From IMG/VR virus record IMGVR_UViG_2851955134_000009: a stretch of DNA of 64,000 bases. One strand, written 5' to 3'. Under the pieces are notes generated by a model that saw only the letters and a program-made list of their open reading frames with translations, made no database searches and was not told where the DNA came from. Source of the stretch: a virus (taxonomy: Duplodnaviria; Heunggongvirae; Uroviricota; Caudoviricetes). The position numbers and the translations under genes are program-made. Shown here one piece after another: positions 17,385 to 27,410 of this stretch. The number at the start of each line of letters is the position of its first letter. Position 1 is the first letter of the stretch.

Positions 17385-20335
17385 CAGCGGTACTCCTTAC
17401 GTTGTTTCTGAGCCAGCAGACGCTCCAGCATTTTTTCCAGCTCATGCAGACTCATATTCAGGGCACCAGTCAGTCCTGCAGGCGCTGTGGTTTCCCTGCC
17501 ATTGAGGAAAAACTGAGGATTAAAGCTGACCTGGATACCACCAGACGTTCCACCGCCGGTTGCAGCTGCACCACGGCCTGAATATCCGGCAGCCAGGATT
17601 TCAGGCGAGGGGATACGGGGAACATCCGGTGTCATCTCATTTGCCAGACGTTGACCTGGTAAAGTCGATGCCCGGGTGGAGATCGGAATAGCGGGCATGG
17701 AAGACAAACTATTGATTACGGATCCGATCGCATTTTTAGCAGACGACATAAACCCGTTGATATCGGGCAACGGCATACTGAAGCGAACACCTGAAGTGTT
17801 ATCCCGTATTTCTGGCCCCTGAATGCTCACGGGCATTCTGGGGAGCAGTTCACTGGCCATTCGCTGCCCGGCCAGAGCTGCAATCGGAGTGCTCCGCTGC
17901 AGGCCAATGGCGGCCCCCTGCGCGATATTGTCACCAAAGCCCATAAACACGCGGCTCGGCGAATGAATACCCAGCTTTTCACTGAACCAGCCACTGATGC
18001 TGTCACCCATTCCGGTTACACTGGATTTGAGCGACTCCCATTTGTTTTTGATACCGTTAATCAGACCGTCGACAAGATGGCCACCGAAGTCGGTGAACTT
18101 TGCCGGCAGATCAACACCAAGATATTTCAGCGCAGCTGCAAAGGCTTTATAGAGCAGACCTGCCGGCGACCAGTTAATCAGCAGCTTACCAGTTCCCGCG
18201 ATACCGCCGTTAAAGGCCTCCTGAATGTCAGACCAGCACTGTTTAAACCAGCTACTGATGCTGTCACCCATTCCGGTTACACTGGATTTGAGCGACCCCC
18301 ATTTGTTTTTGATACCGTTAATCAGACCGTCGACAAGATGGCCACCGAAGTCGGTGAACTTTGCCGGCAGAGCAACGCCGAAATATTTCAGCGCAGCCGC
18401 AAAGGCTTTATAGAGCAGCCCTGCCGGCGACCAGTTAATCAGCAGCTTACCAGTTCCCGCGATACCGCCGTTAAAGGCTTCCTGAATGTCAGCCCAGCGC
18501 TGTTTAAACCAGCCACTGACTGTCCCCCAGTTGCGGTAGATAAGGTAAGCTGCTGCCGCGACAGCGGTGATAACGAGACCGATGGGATTCATCATCAGCG
18601 CTCGCCCAATCCAGAGAACGGCACGTGCAGCGCTCATAAAACCGCGAACGAGGCTGCCCGCCAGAACTTTGCTGAGTTTCAGTCCTCCGCTGGTCAGTCG
18701 GCTAAATCCAGTGACAAGCCAGCGTAATTTGCCACCTTCTCCTAGTGCGGTAGTCAGTCGATGCCAGTTGGTCCGGAGTAAAACAGCAGTTTTCCAGACG
18801 TTCACAAAGGGGGAAATAAGGAGATTCAGCCCCAGTTTGAGACCAACAGTCGCTATCTTAATCGCAAGGAGCGCACTGATGAGCTTAAAAGCCCCACTGA
18901 CAAATTGCGGGTGAGTCGCCACCCAGTGTTTTGCCCCCTGAATGAGTGGGATCAGCTCCTGAGTCAGAGAAATAAAAGAGGGGGCGAGCTGATCGCCCAG
19001 CGTAATAGCCAGATCGCGACTGCTGACCATAAGCGCTTTAGTGGCTTCAAGGGGAGATTTCAGCCGCTGATCGTAAGCACTGGCAAGCAAATCGTTATCC
19101 GCAGCCCTGAGAGCACCGGCACGGATCTCGCGATATCTGTCCATGTTGGCCAGCATCGGGCGGATAAATGCCATGACCTGCATATCCGCGAACATATCGC
19201 CCAGACCAAAGTTTTTCGCCAGAGCCTGAAGTGCCTCATCTCTTGCCGTATCATTCTTTATTTTCATGGCGGATTTGAAGCCGGCCAGCGCTTCGGGGCT
19301 TTTGGCATTGAGGTAACGTTCTATAACACTCAACATCCCTTCAATCGGAGAGATCCCCGCAGCCTTATAACTCGCAACAGAACCCTGCAAATCAATACCC
19401 AGATCAGCAAACTGTTTCTGAGTATCGCGGGCAAAAATTTTGGTAAGAAAGTTTTTAAAATTATTGGCTGCTTCGTCGGTGGAGCCCGCACCGATTTTTG
19501 CTATCTGGAGACTGGCCCCGATTTCAGCAACAGCCTCTTTTCCACTGGCAATACCCGCCATCATTGGGGCCAGGGACTGCATCCACTTGACCTGATCCGG
19601 GATTTCAAATGACCCCTGGTCACCGGCATAAGCCATAATATTCTGGACGGCACTAAAATCTCTGGCCGCACCTTTCAGGGAGTTTTGCCAGACTGCGGCC
19701 ACTTTTGCCCAGTCCTGAGATGACGTGCGTGTTGCCGTTGCCGCGCGGGCAATATCCGGCATCAGAAAACCGATATCTGACAAGTTATCAATATTGTCGC
19801 TGATGAGCGAACCCACCGCCTCCTGCAGTTCATCCTGATACTGATTGTATTTTTGCGCCCAGCCTTTTATCTGTCCGGCAAGTGCATCCCGCGTTTTATT
19901 GTCATATTTTGCGGTGATCGACATATCAATCATTTTGTCCTGAAAAGACATGGACTGCTGAACGGCAGGGGAAACCGTATGATAAACAGTCTGTGCCATG
20001 CCATACGCTTCAATCCCCTGACCATACAGCGCCATGCGGTTAGCTTTCAGCGCATCACTGGTGGCTGATGCCGCTGACAGACGGCGCTGCTGGCGCTCAA
20101 TTTGCTCCATGGTGCGGCTTACCCGCAGCAGCTCGCTGTTGAGATGCTGCATCCGGGAAGAGCCCAGTTGACCATAACGTTCTGTTGCACGGGTTAAAGC
20201 GTTCTGACGTTCCTGCAGGCGGCGTGAGGTATCGCTCAGGGAATCAAGCGCACGGCGGGTACCGCTCATTGCAGAACGGAATGTGCTGCCAATCATCCCG
20301 CCGATAACAACGCCGACTGAAAACTGTCCCGACAT
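17384..20335 (-). CDS. tail tape measure protein
   Basis: 983 aa, largest tail gene, located after the chaperone pair; contains an internal tandem duplication. Confidence 0.8.
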   Translation of the reverse strand: MSGQFSVGVVIGGMIGSTFRSAMSGTRRALDSLSDTSRRLQERQNALTRATERYGQLGSSRMQHLNSELLRVSRTMEQIERQQRRLSAASATSDALKANRMALYGQGIEAYGMAQTVYHTVSPAVQQSMSFQDKMIDMSITAKYDNKTRDALAGQIKGWAQKYNQYQDELQEAVGSLISDNIDNLSDIGFLMPDIARAATATRTSSQDWAKVAAVWQNSLKGAARDFSAVQNIMAYAGDQGSFEIPDQVKWMQSLAPMMAGIASGKEAVAEIGASLQIAKIGAGSTDEAANNFKNFLTKIFARDTQKQFADLGIDLQGSVASYKAAGISPIEGMLSVIERYLNAKSPEALAGFKSAMKIKNDTARDEALQALAKNFGLGDMFADMQVMAFIRPMLANMDRYREIRAGALRAADNDLLASAYDQRLKSPLEATKALMVSSRDLAITLGDQLAPSFISLTQELIPLIQGAKHWVATHPQFVSGAFKLISALLAIKIATVGLKLGLNLLISPFVNVWKTAVLLRTNWHRLTTALGEGGKLRWLVTGFSRLTSGGLKLSKVLAGSLVRGFMSAARAVLWIGRALMMNPIGLVITAVAAAAYLIYRNWGTVSGWFKQRWADIQEAFNGGIAGTGKLLINWSPAGLLYKAFAAALKYFGVALPAKFTDFGGHLVDGLINGIKNKWGSLKSSVTGMGDSISSWFKQCWSDIQEAFNGGIAGTGKLLINWSPAGLLYKAFAAALKYLGVDLPAKFTDFGGHLVDGLINGIKNKWESLKSSVTGMGDSISGWFSEKLGIHSPSRVFMGFGDNIAQGAAIGLQRSTPIAALAGQRMASELLPRMPVSIQGPEIRDNTSGVRFSMPLPDINGFMSSAKNAIGSVINSLSSMPAIPISTRASTLPGQRLANEMTPDVPRIPSPEILAAGYSGRGAAATGGGTSGGIQVSFNPQFFLNGRETTAPAGLTGALNMSLHELEKMLERLLAQKQRKEYR
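17985..18506. repeat. tandem duplication of about 261 bp inside the tape measure gene
   Basis: ctgatgctgtcacccattccggttacactggatttgagcga... occurs at 17994 and again at 18255; the encoded 87-aa units are near-identical. Confidence 0.6.
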
Positions 20336-20492
20336 AGTGGTTAACCTCCGGGGAAGGTGAAAAGACGTGAGGGGATAACGCAGAACAGCCGCTACTGGCG
20401 GCTGTCTGTACTATGATTTGTCGCCGTACTCGCTTTTTATTTGCTCTTCAGCCTGCTCCAGCCACATCTCCAGATCGTCAGTATCGAGGGCA

Positions 20493-20828
20493 TCAATCTC
20501 CCCCGGCTGAAACCGGAACCATCTCGCCAGCAGCCCCTGCGCCTGCGTCAGCGCCTTTGTCGCTCTCACCCATCCCCGTGATGAGCTGAAATCGTTTCTG
20601 TAACTGCAGGTAATCAGCCAGATCCATATTGTCGAGATCTTCCGGGAGAAGACCAGTACTGCGGGCAATCAGCGGTTCGTCCCAGTCTGCCGGGTTTTTG
20701 CTGATTTTGCGCACCTGCTTCAGGTCTTTTACCGTCAGGCGTTTCAGTTCAACCAGCTCAATTCTGGTGCCTGCAGCAGTGGTGAAGGGATAAGACAATT
20801 TAAAAGTATCGGATGGGGTCTGTGACAT
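20493..20828 (-). CDS. tail assembly chaperone (gpE-like)
   Basis: 111 aa directly upstream of the tape measure gene; an overlapping ORF (20411-20668) in another frame could be the frameshift extension. Confidence 0.55.
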   Translation of the reverse strand: MSQTPSDTFKLSYPFTTAAGTRIELVELKRLTVKDLKQVRKISKNPADWDEPLIARSTGLLPEDLDNMDLADYLQLQKRFQLITGMGESDKGADAGAGAAGEMVPVSAGGD

Positions 20829-20925
20829 GATTGTGCTCCTGTGTAAGTTCAGGGCAGTATGTCGGGAGAAGCGCGTGACGGATATTAAAGGAGATTAAGA
20901 AGAAGGGGCCGGAGCCCCTGTGATG

Positions 20926-21207
20926 TCAGCAAGTGCGAAACCCCTTGCAGTTACGCAGGAAAGCGATGAGAAGCGTCTTTCCCTCAGATTTGCCGGTGCC
21001 GGAGAACCAGTGGTCGGGAGGCTCCCATGCTTCAATCAAATCCGCCAGTCTGCGGGCCTTTGAACGTGTGCAGTCAATCGGGTCATTGGTTTTACGGGTA
21101 TTAAAAAGGGTTTCCACCCCCGGAATATCAAGGAGGGTAAACCACGTACCATTTGACATGCCCAGTGCCGCACATCGTCCTCCTTTATCCGTCAGTTCAA
21201 CACTCAC
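20926..21207 (-). CDS. hypothetical protein
   Basis: 93-aa ORF between tail tube and chaperone genes; no recognisable motif. Confidence 0.3.
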   Translation of the reverse strand: MSVELTDKGGRCAALGMSNGTWFTLLDIPGVETLFNTRKTNDPIDCTRSKARRLADLIEAWEPPDHWFSGTGKSEGKTLLIAFLRNCKGFRTC

Positions 21208-21209
21208 CG

Positions 21210-21731
21210 TCAGCCCCCGATATTGATACGGTAGTCAGTCAGTTGATCAACACCGCCGACCCGGAAGATGTTGGCCAGATAGTCCAGTTGCAGCAGCTCT
21301 TCACCATCCAGTACCTGTCTGATATACGTGCATGTGAAGCTACTGGAGAACTCGGCGTTCTCGTGCTGTTTGAACGTCCCCAGCGGGTTCTTCTTGAACA
21401 TAATCGTCAGGAAGGTGACCAGCGGGATTTCGTCAATCAGCCCCTGCGAGCTGTAGCGCTGGACGCTGGAACGACACTGCAGTGCCAGCGACCTGTACGG
21501 GTTCGCGGCAGACAGCATCGCATCGCGGTAAAAGCTGTTCCATTTGATTTCGCCTTCCAGTTTGTCAAAACCAGCCGGGAGTTCCACCTTACCCACCATC
21601 CCCAGCGCCTTGTGTTCCTGCATAATCATGGAGACATCGGGGAGTTTAACTTCCTCAGCCCGTCCCAGCAGGTTAGTACCATCCAGATAGATGTTGGCAT
21701 TCGTGATGCGGTTTATCTCAATCTTTGACAT
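21210..21731 (-). CDS. tail tube protein
   Basis: 173 aa immediately after the sheath gene. Confidence 0.8.
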   Translation of the reverse strand: MSKIEINRITNANIYLDGTNLLGRAEEVKLPDVSMIMQEHKALGMVGKVELPAGFDKLEGEIKWNSFYRDAMLSAANPYRSLALQCRSSVQRYSSQGLIDEIPLVTFLTIMFKKNPLGTFKQHENAEFSSSFTCTYIRQVLDGEELLQLDYLANIFRVGGVDQLTDYRINIGG

Positions 21732-23158
21732 CAGTTGCCCCCTTTCAGGGTTAACAGGTATTCCGAGGTGATCTCAGTCTCAAACGTCAGTCGCTCCAGC
21801 GGCGGTGGTGGCGTATATTTGTAGCTCAGCAACAGGTGCCCGGCGGCCAGCTCCGTCTCCGGATTGCGGGCCGGATCAAACCAGCAACGGAAGCCCAGTA
21901 CCGCACCATCACCAGTCATTTTGCGACCGTAGGCGTTGACCGACTCCGTCAGTGCATCAATCAGCGCCTGAGTAATCGGCATGTCGATGTACTGCTGGCT
22001 GAAATAACGAATGGACTCGTTGATCACATCACCGGTGCGGCGAACGTTCTCAAAGTTACGCATATGGGTGACCGTTGGCCATGCTGCCGTCCGGTTACCC
22101 CACAGACGAAGGCCGCTGCCGTAACTGCTGAATACCGTGGTGATCCCCTGTTCGTTAAGCAGGTTCACCTCACTCTGCGGGTCATCAATCATCGCGGACA
22201 GCTGGCGCTCCACGCCGGTGATCCCCAGAATCTCCTGATTGGAGGATGACCACCAGTAGCCCTTGTCCAGATCGACTCTGGCACGCAGACCTGCTGCACG
22301 CTGGCTGAGCGGCTCCAGACGCTCCGTGTTTGTCACCGGGTCATATACCTTCACATGCGGATAGCACAGACGGACGCGGTCGGAGCTGGTATTGAAGTTA
22401 ATGGTGCCTTCCGGGCCACGACCTGCCAGAGCCTGTGCAAAGGTGGTACCGACAGGCGCATCAATGTAGGTTACCGCGCCCAGCTTCTCTGTCATGGCGA
22501 TAAGCTCAACTGCTACACTCTTCTGGGTGCAGAACACCGGCGCAATCAGAATTTTGGCAAAATAGCCGTACAGGTTGAAGCTGTCGTTAAGCAGCTTCAT
22601 GCCGGTTCGGTTTCCGGCGCTGTTCACCCCGCCGATGATGTCCGCCGCAGTCACCTTCGACGGGTCCGCGTACTCATAGCTCACCTTCACGCTGCCACCG
22701 GCCTCAATAGCCTTGCCCAGGTTCGTGAGCACACCCGCCTGCGCATCAACACGGTAGTCCGTGTTCGCCGTGTGGGTGGTGCTGCCTTCACTGTTTTTCA
22801 CCACCACATTAGCGACAACCGGATGCGCAAGTCTGGCCTGCCCTGTCGATTTGTCAAAGGTAACCACTTCACCCTGGATCGCCGTTTTATGTTTCGCCGG
22901 GTCGAGGACGTTAATGACCAGAACGGTGCCTGCACCATGGTCATAAATCGCATCCAGCGCCTGCGGAATGGTAAAGCCGGTGAACTGGCTGCCAAATGCC
23001 GCTGCGTCTTTCTCAGACAGGCACTGTACCAGCGTATTGACGTCCCCCATCGGGGCGGTACCAATCAGGCCAATAACGGCAGATTTCACCGTTTTAACCG
23101 GGCGGGCACCGTTTTCCACCTCAATGGTTTCGGGACCATGCAGATAGTTAGCTGCCAT
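21731..23158 (-). CDS. contractile tail sheath protein
   Basis: 475 aa, followed by the tube gene; typical sheath size. Confidence 0.85.
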   Translation of the reverse strand: MAANYLHGPETIEVENGARPVKTVKSAVIGLIGTAPMGDVNTLVQCLSEKDAAAFGSQFTGFTIPQALDAIYDHGAGTVLVINVLDPAKHKTAIQGEVVTFDKSTGQARLAHPVVANVVVKNSEGSTTHTANTDYRVDAQAGVLTNLGKAIEAGGSVKVSYEYADPSKVTAADIIGGVNSAGNRTGMKLLNDSFNLYGYFAKILIAPVFCTQKSVAVELIAMTEKLGAVTYIDAPVGTTFAQALAGRGPEGTINFNTSSDRVRLCYPHVKVYDPVTNTERLEPLSQRAAGLRARVDLDKGYWWSSSNQEILGITGVERQLSAMIDDPQSEVNLLNEQGITTVFSSYGSGLRLWGNRTAAWPTVTHMRNFENVRRTGDVINESIRYFSQQYIDMPITQALIDALTESVNAYGRKMTGDGAVLGFRCWFDPARNPETELAAGHLLLSYKYTPPPPLERLTFETEITSEYLLTLKGGN

Positions 23159-23402
23159 GGGTGTCCTCCGTTTTCACTTCGCTGTCACTGCTGCTTCTGC
23201 GCTTTGGTGACTGCACAGCCGGTGTGCCGGCGAGTTTAGTCTCTTCAGGTACCGGCGTCAGATGTTTCAGCGCCACCAGTACCTTCACGTAGTCATGCTC
23301 CTCCGGCAGGGAAAACGTCTTCCCCGGCCAGAGCAGGATTTCGGTTCCGTCCGACAGCGTGACGCCGCTGGCCGGGCCGGAATAGCGGTATGCTTTCATC
23401 AC
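23148..23402 (-). CDS. hypothetical virion protein
   Basis: 84-aa ORF between head-completion genes and the sheath gene. Confidence 0.35.
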   Translation of the reverse strand: MMKAYRYSGPASGVTLSDGTEILLWPGKTFSLPEEHDYVKVLVALKHLTPVPEETKLAGTPAVQSPKRRSSSDSEVKTEDTHGS

Positions 23403-23863
23403 TCGCTTTCCTCATAGTTCACTTCGGTTAACAGCGGGCCGGACGGTAAATCGCTGTCTTCGATAAAGACGCTTTCAGTCGCGAAGTCGAGGGCGTATTG
23501 CCACAGCCCCCTGACTTCACCGATAAACACCTCGCGGGTCAGCCAGATACGACGGCGGCAGCCGGGCGGGGTGTAGCCACCGAGAATGCGGCGGACAGCA
23601 TCCAGGACATTAATCGCCCCTTTTTTACCGTTGAGCTGGCGGAAGACCACCGTGACGCAGAGCTGGATAGTCTGAGGCTGGATCACCGCACCGGTATCAT
23701 CCGGCCTGTCAAAGCGCGAACCGGCATAGCTCAGCAGCAACGCGCCAACCGGATGGTTCAGGCGATATTCAGCCGGTTTCTCCGGGAAGTACTCCACCTG
23801 CAGTTGCGGCAGGTTCTCGCGTAACCGGGCCAGTACCGCATCAAGGACGGGCAGAACGTTCAT
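23399..23863 (-). CDS. Mu-like virion morphogenesis/tail-completion protein
   Basis: 154 aa; position between head and tail modules. Confidence 0.4.
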   Translation of the reverse strand: MNVLPVLDAVLARLRENLPQLQVEYFPEKPAEYRLNHPVGALLLSYAGSRFDRPDDTGAVIQPQTIQLCVTVVFRQLNGKKGAINVLDAVRRILGGYTPPGCRRRIWLTREVFIGEVRGLWQYALDFATESVFIEDSDLPSGPLLTEVNYEESE

Positions 23864-24309
23864 CAGTATTTCTCCAGTAAACCGTCACGACCGCCGAAAG
23901 TGGCCGGGCGACTGCGTACACGAAACTCTCCTGGCTCAGGCACATCTTTCTGAGTGGACGGCAGCCCCAGCGTGAGCCTGTTATCACGTAACTCCCTGAG
24001 TTGCCGCAGCGCTTCTTTGTGGTCATCCTTCACCGTATCCGGGAGGTCACCTTCCGGGCGGCGGGCGTAGAGCCGGTAACGGACCAGCGTGATGGCAATG
24101 TCCCGCAGAACGGTCGGTATCTCCGCCAGCGGCAGGATATAGCGTCCGCGCAGATGGGCATCAATCAGCTCGTCGGCATAGCGGATACAGCTGTCCACCA
24201 CACGGGTATTCACTGTTGCAGGCGAGTCGAAGTCCATATCTTCACTGGTGAGCTCGATCAGCGTTCGTTCCGGCACCTGCGCAAGCAAATCCTCCAGGGT
24301 GCAGTACAT
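23863..24309 (-). CDS. Mu-like head-tail joining protein
   Basis: Start placed at the internal Met (MYCTLEDLL) to avoid a 160-bp overlap with the upstream gene. Confidence 0.4.
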   Translation of the reverse strand: MYCTLEDLLAQVPERTLIELTSEDMDFDSPATVNTRVVDSCIRYADELIDAHLRGRYILPLAEIPTVLRDIAITLVRYRLYARRPEGDLPDTVKDDHKEALRQLRELRDNRLTLGLPSTQKDVPEPGEFRVRSRPATFGGRDGLLEKY

Positions 24310-24310
24310 C

Positions 24311-24646
24311 TCACACCCCGCGCAGGATACGGATGATGTCGCCTTCGGCCTTTGCCTCATCCAGTGCAATGCCACAGGATTTACCACTGTCAGCCTGAGG
24401 AACAGCCCTTGATTTGGCATCAGACTGTACCAGTGCCCCTCTGGAAACTGCCGCTCCCGTTTCAACTGCAAGGATCCCGGTCACACTCACCGGGGTCAGA
24501 TCACCTGCACGGGCATCCACCTGGGCGACACCGACGGCAACGGCACCCTGCTTACATGCGCCGTTATCTGCTCCCACAAACCTCTGCTGAGTAAGTGCAG
24601 TACTGGCTGTGACTGTCATGGTCAGAGTGACCTGCTGTGTAGTCAT
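24311..24646 (-). CDS. small head-associated protein
   Basis: 111 aa, Ala/Val/Gly-rich, immediately after the major capsid gene. Confidence 0.4.
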   Translation of the reverse strand: MTTQQVTLTMTVTASTALTQQRFVGADNGACKQGAVAVGVAQVDARAGDLTPVSVTGILAVETGAAVSRGALVQSDAKSRAVPQADSGKSCGIALDEAKAEGDIIRILRGV

Positions 24647-24656
24647 AGACTTCTCC

Positions 24657-25610
24657 TTACTTCACTATATTTGTAACGAGATAACCGGCATCCCCGCCCA
24701 CGACCGCCACCTTATAGATGTCGGTATAACGGCAGTACTTCACCTTTCCGCCCACTCCATCGTATTTATCTGCCACCGGCATCCCCTTACGTCGCAGGGT
24801 ATACCCGAACGATGGTTCATTTTCGTCGGCACTTTCGGCACCTTCTCGCGGTGGAGTGACATAGAAGAGCATGAGATTATCTCCCCAGATGTCCACCGGA
24901 TATTTGTTCCGGTTGCCTGCATCAGTCATGGATGCCATGGAAACAGGCTCACCCACAATGACCTTGTCCAGACCAAAAAGCTCCCTGAGGATTTGCGGGG
25001 TGATCCGTTTTCTCTCATTAAGTCCCAGAGCAGTGGTGATGGCTGGATGATATCTCAGCAGGGGCATCACACTGGCTCCCATGACCATCAGATTGGGTCT
25101 GACCCCGATCTTACTTCGCACAGCTTCAATGCCTCCCTCAATGACCTCAACAGGATCACCATGGCCTCCTTCCCAGCGTTCAACAGACGTCATCGTCTTT
25201 ACCGAAGATGCCGGGTACACTTTTTTGTCCTGCGCAAGACGGGCAGCAATAAGCTCACGGCGAAGATGAATGCCATTTGTCACCCGCCGGATTGCCTTGG
25301 CCTCTTCGTTGAACATTGACTCCGTCTGTTCACGGTAGTCCACAGGTGCAGCAAGATCGTGCTCATGCAACACCAGATCCAGCGTACTGCTCTTTTCCCT
25401 GATCAGAACATTACTGTCTGCCCCCACAGCACGGACGGTATCAACTTCCACAAACGCTGATCTCCCGAAAACGGGGACCGTTACCGCTTCTCTGTCCGTA
25501 TACACAACCGGAAATATATGTTCTCCGATGAAGGCTGCATTCCTGTAGCCACGCGCGATGCTGGTCATAACAGGATCAACAACGCGTTTATTTTTTAAGT
25601 AATCAGACAT
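24657..25610 (-). CDS. major capsid protein (Mu gpT-like)
   Basis: 317 aa following the protease/scaffold gene, Mu-type head gene order. Confidence 0.7.
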   Translation of the reverse strand: MSDYLKNKRVVDPVMTSIARGYRNAAFIGEHIFPVVYTDREAVTVPVFGRSAFVEVDTVRAVGADSNVLIREKSSTLDLVLHEHDLAAPVDYREQTESMFNEEAKAIRRVTNGIHLRRELIAARLAQDKKVYPASSVKTMTSVERWEGGHGDPVEVIEGGIEAVRSKIGVRPNLMVMGASVMPLLRYHPAITTALGLNERKRITPQILRELFGLDKVIVGEPVSMASMTDAGNRNKYPVDIWGDNLMLFYVTPPREGAESADENEPSFGYTLRRKGMPVADKYDGVGGKVKYCRYTDIYKVAVVGGDAGYLVTNIVK

Positions 25611-25619
25611 GCTTTCTCC

Positions 25620-26735
25620 TTACAGGCAGCGTGTGACAGCAGCCTCATAGCTGATGCCTTCTTTTTTCGACAGTTCCACAGCCTTCTGGTGCAGTGCCAG
25701 ACGGTCAGGGTCGGCTTCTGCAAACTCCGTCACATCCACTTTCACCGTGTCGCCGACACGCTCCTTCGTGGCCTGTTCGGCGAAGTTCATCACCGGCTCC
25801 CCGTCGGAGAGCAGCGAACGGAAGGCGGTGGCCAGCGGTGTGCGGCTTTCCCCCTCAGCAAACTCCACCGGCTTGTCGCCACCGGCGACGGCATCCAGCA
25901 GGGCAACCACCACGGAGGAGGCGCGGGGAGCCAGACGGCCCTCTGCGACCAGTTTTTCTGCAAAGGCCACATTGTCCTTATGCAGTTGCTCCTGTCTGAC
26001 CTGTGCATCACGCGCATCGCGATCAGCAGCCTGCTGCTTCAGGCGGCGGTTCTCCGCCTGAAGGGCTTCAATCTCTTCTTTTGTCATCGATGATTCCTCG
26101 TTACTTGCGGAAGACGGCACCTGGCCTGTCTCACTGAATTGCGCACCTGCTGCATCCTGCGACGGTGTGTCGCGGTACGCCTCTTCGCGCAGACTGTTGA
26201 GCTGCCATTCCGGCAGAACTTTTTCTGCTTCGTCCAGACTGAAGCGGGCGATCAGAAAATCGCGCAGCTTTCCCCACAGTGAGGCATTCGTGATGGCCTG
26301 CCAGTCGGCGAACTCCACCACACCTTCTTCCTGCTCACTGAAGGACACCTGTTTCAGTCCTTTGACGGAAGGTGGCTGTGCCCCAAGAAAGCCCACATGG
26401 CGCAGGTAGAGCACGCCGGGCTTCGGATTGGACGGTGAATCCGGGAGGTAGAAAGAGGCAGACACTTTTTTGAATCGTCCGTCGGTGACCATCTCAGCAA
26501 ACTGCGGGTCCAGCTGGGCAGGCTCTGCCATCAGATCGACGCCGCTGAGCGACAGGGCTTTCACCCAGCCCCACGCCGGGTCTTCCGTTCTGGGATGACC
26601 AATCACGAGTGGTGCTTCATGGACGGACGGGTCATAGGCTTTCACGCAGGCGGCAAGATCGTCTGGCGTGAACGGCAGTTTTTTGCCGTGCATATCGGTA
26701 TGAGTACCGGCTTTAAAAATGTGAATGGCTGACAT
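25620..26735 (-). CDS. head maturation protease/scaffold (Mu gpI-like)
   Basis: 371 aa with an acidic, coiled C-terminal half; position before the capsid gene. Confidence 0.6.
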   Translation of the reverse strand: MSAIHIFKAGTHTDMHGKKLPFTPDDLAACVKAYDPSVHEAPLVIGHPRTEDPAWGWVKALSLSGVDLMAEPAQLDPQFAEMVTDGRFKKVSASFYLPDSPSNPKPGVLYLRHVGFLGAQPPSVKGLKQVSFSEQEEGVVEFADWQAITNASLWGKLRDFLIARFSLDEAEKVLPEWQLNSLREEAYRDTPSQDAAGAQFSETGQVPSSASNEESSMTKEEIEALQAENRRLKQQAADRDARDAQVRQEQLHKDNVAFAEKLVAEGRLAPRASSVVVALLDAVAGGDKPVEFAEGESRTPLATAFRSLLSDGEPVMNFAEQATKERVGDTVKVDVTEFAEADPDRLALHQKAVELSKKEGISYEAAVTRCL

Positions 26736-26949
26736 TTTGCTGTCCCGCGTTATGTTGTCGGAGACAGTTTGTGAGAAATGCGGGCCCGGCGATTTTAATC
26801 TGCTTTAGAAAACATCAGGGGAGAAGGACAGGGAAAGCAATGTGGTGAACCGGAGGCAGTTATAAAACAGAGGCTGTAAAGCCTTTATAAAGGTAATACA
26901 GCCCCTCATTCGCTGGCAATGATAAATCACCCGCCTGAAGAGAGAAAAC

Positions 26950-27408
26950 TCAGCGACGGGCCGCTGCTTCAAGATGGCGGACAATGGTATCGAGGATGGG
27001 GACTACCACTTCAGGCTGTAGCTCTCCATCCTCCGTCACCGGCAGGAACGGGCGGGCCGGAAGTTCAACAGACTCATTACGCCCCGTTTTACCCCCGAAC
27101 TGGTGAATGGCACCGTAAACAACGTTGGTCCCCACAACAGCCTGCCGGTCGTCATGCTCGGTTGATACTGACCCCATCAGACGCCCGGTATCCTGCAGTG
27201 TCTGTCCGTTACGTTCTTCCGCTGCCAGCGAGGGCATCCACCCCGGACGCCCCTCATCAAGAAAGTTAAACTGTGTTTCCGCCAGCAGGGTTCCGGCGAT
27301 TTTGCGCATCGCAGGCTCCATGTCTGTGGCAGCCAGATCCAGCGCACGGAGGCTCCGGCGCAGGGATTTATCATTAATGGTGACACTGACCAGGTTATCG
27401 GAAGCCAT
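26950..27408 (-). CDS. virion morphogenesis protein (Mu gpG-like)
   Basis: 152 aa after the F-like gene. Confidence 0.55.
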   Translation of the reverse strand: MASDNLVSVTINDKSLRRSLRALDLAATDMEPAMRKIAGTLLAETQFNFLDEGRPGWMPSLAAEERNGQTLQDTGRLMGSVSTEHDDRQAVVGTNVVYGAIHQFGGKTGRNESVELPARPFLPVTEDGELQPEVVVPILDTIVRHLEAAARR

Positions 27409-27410
27409 TG

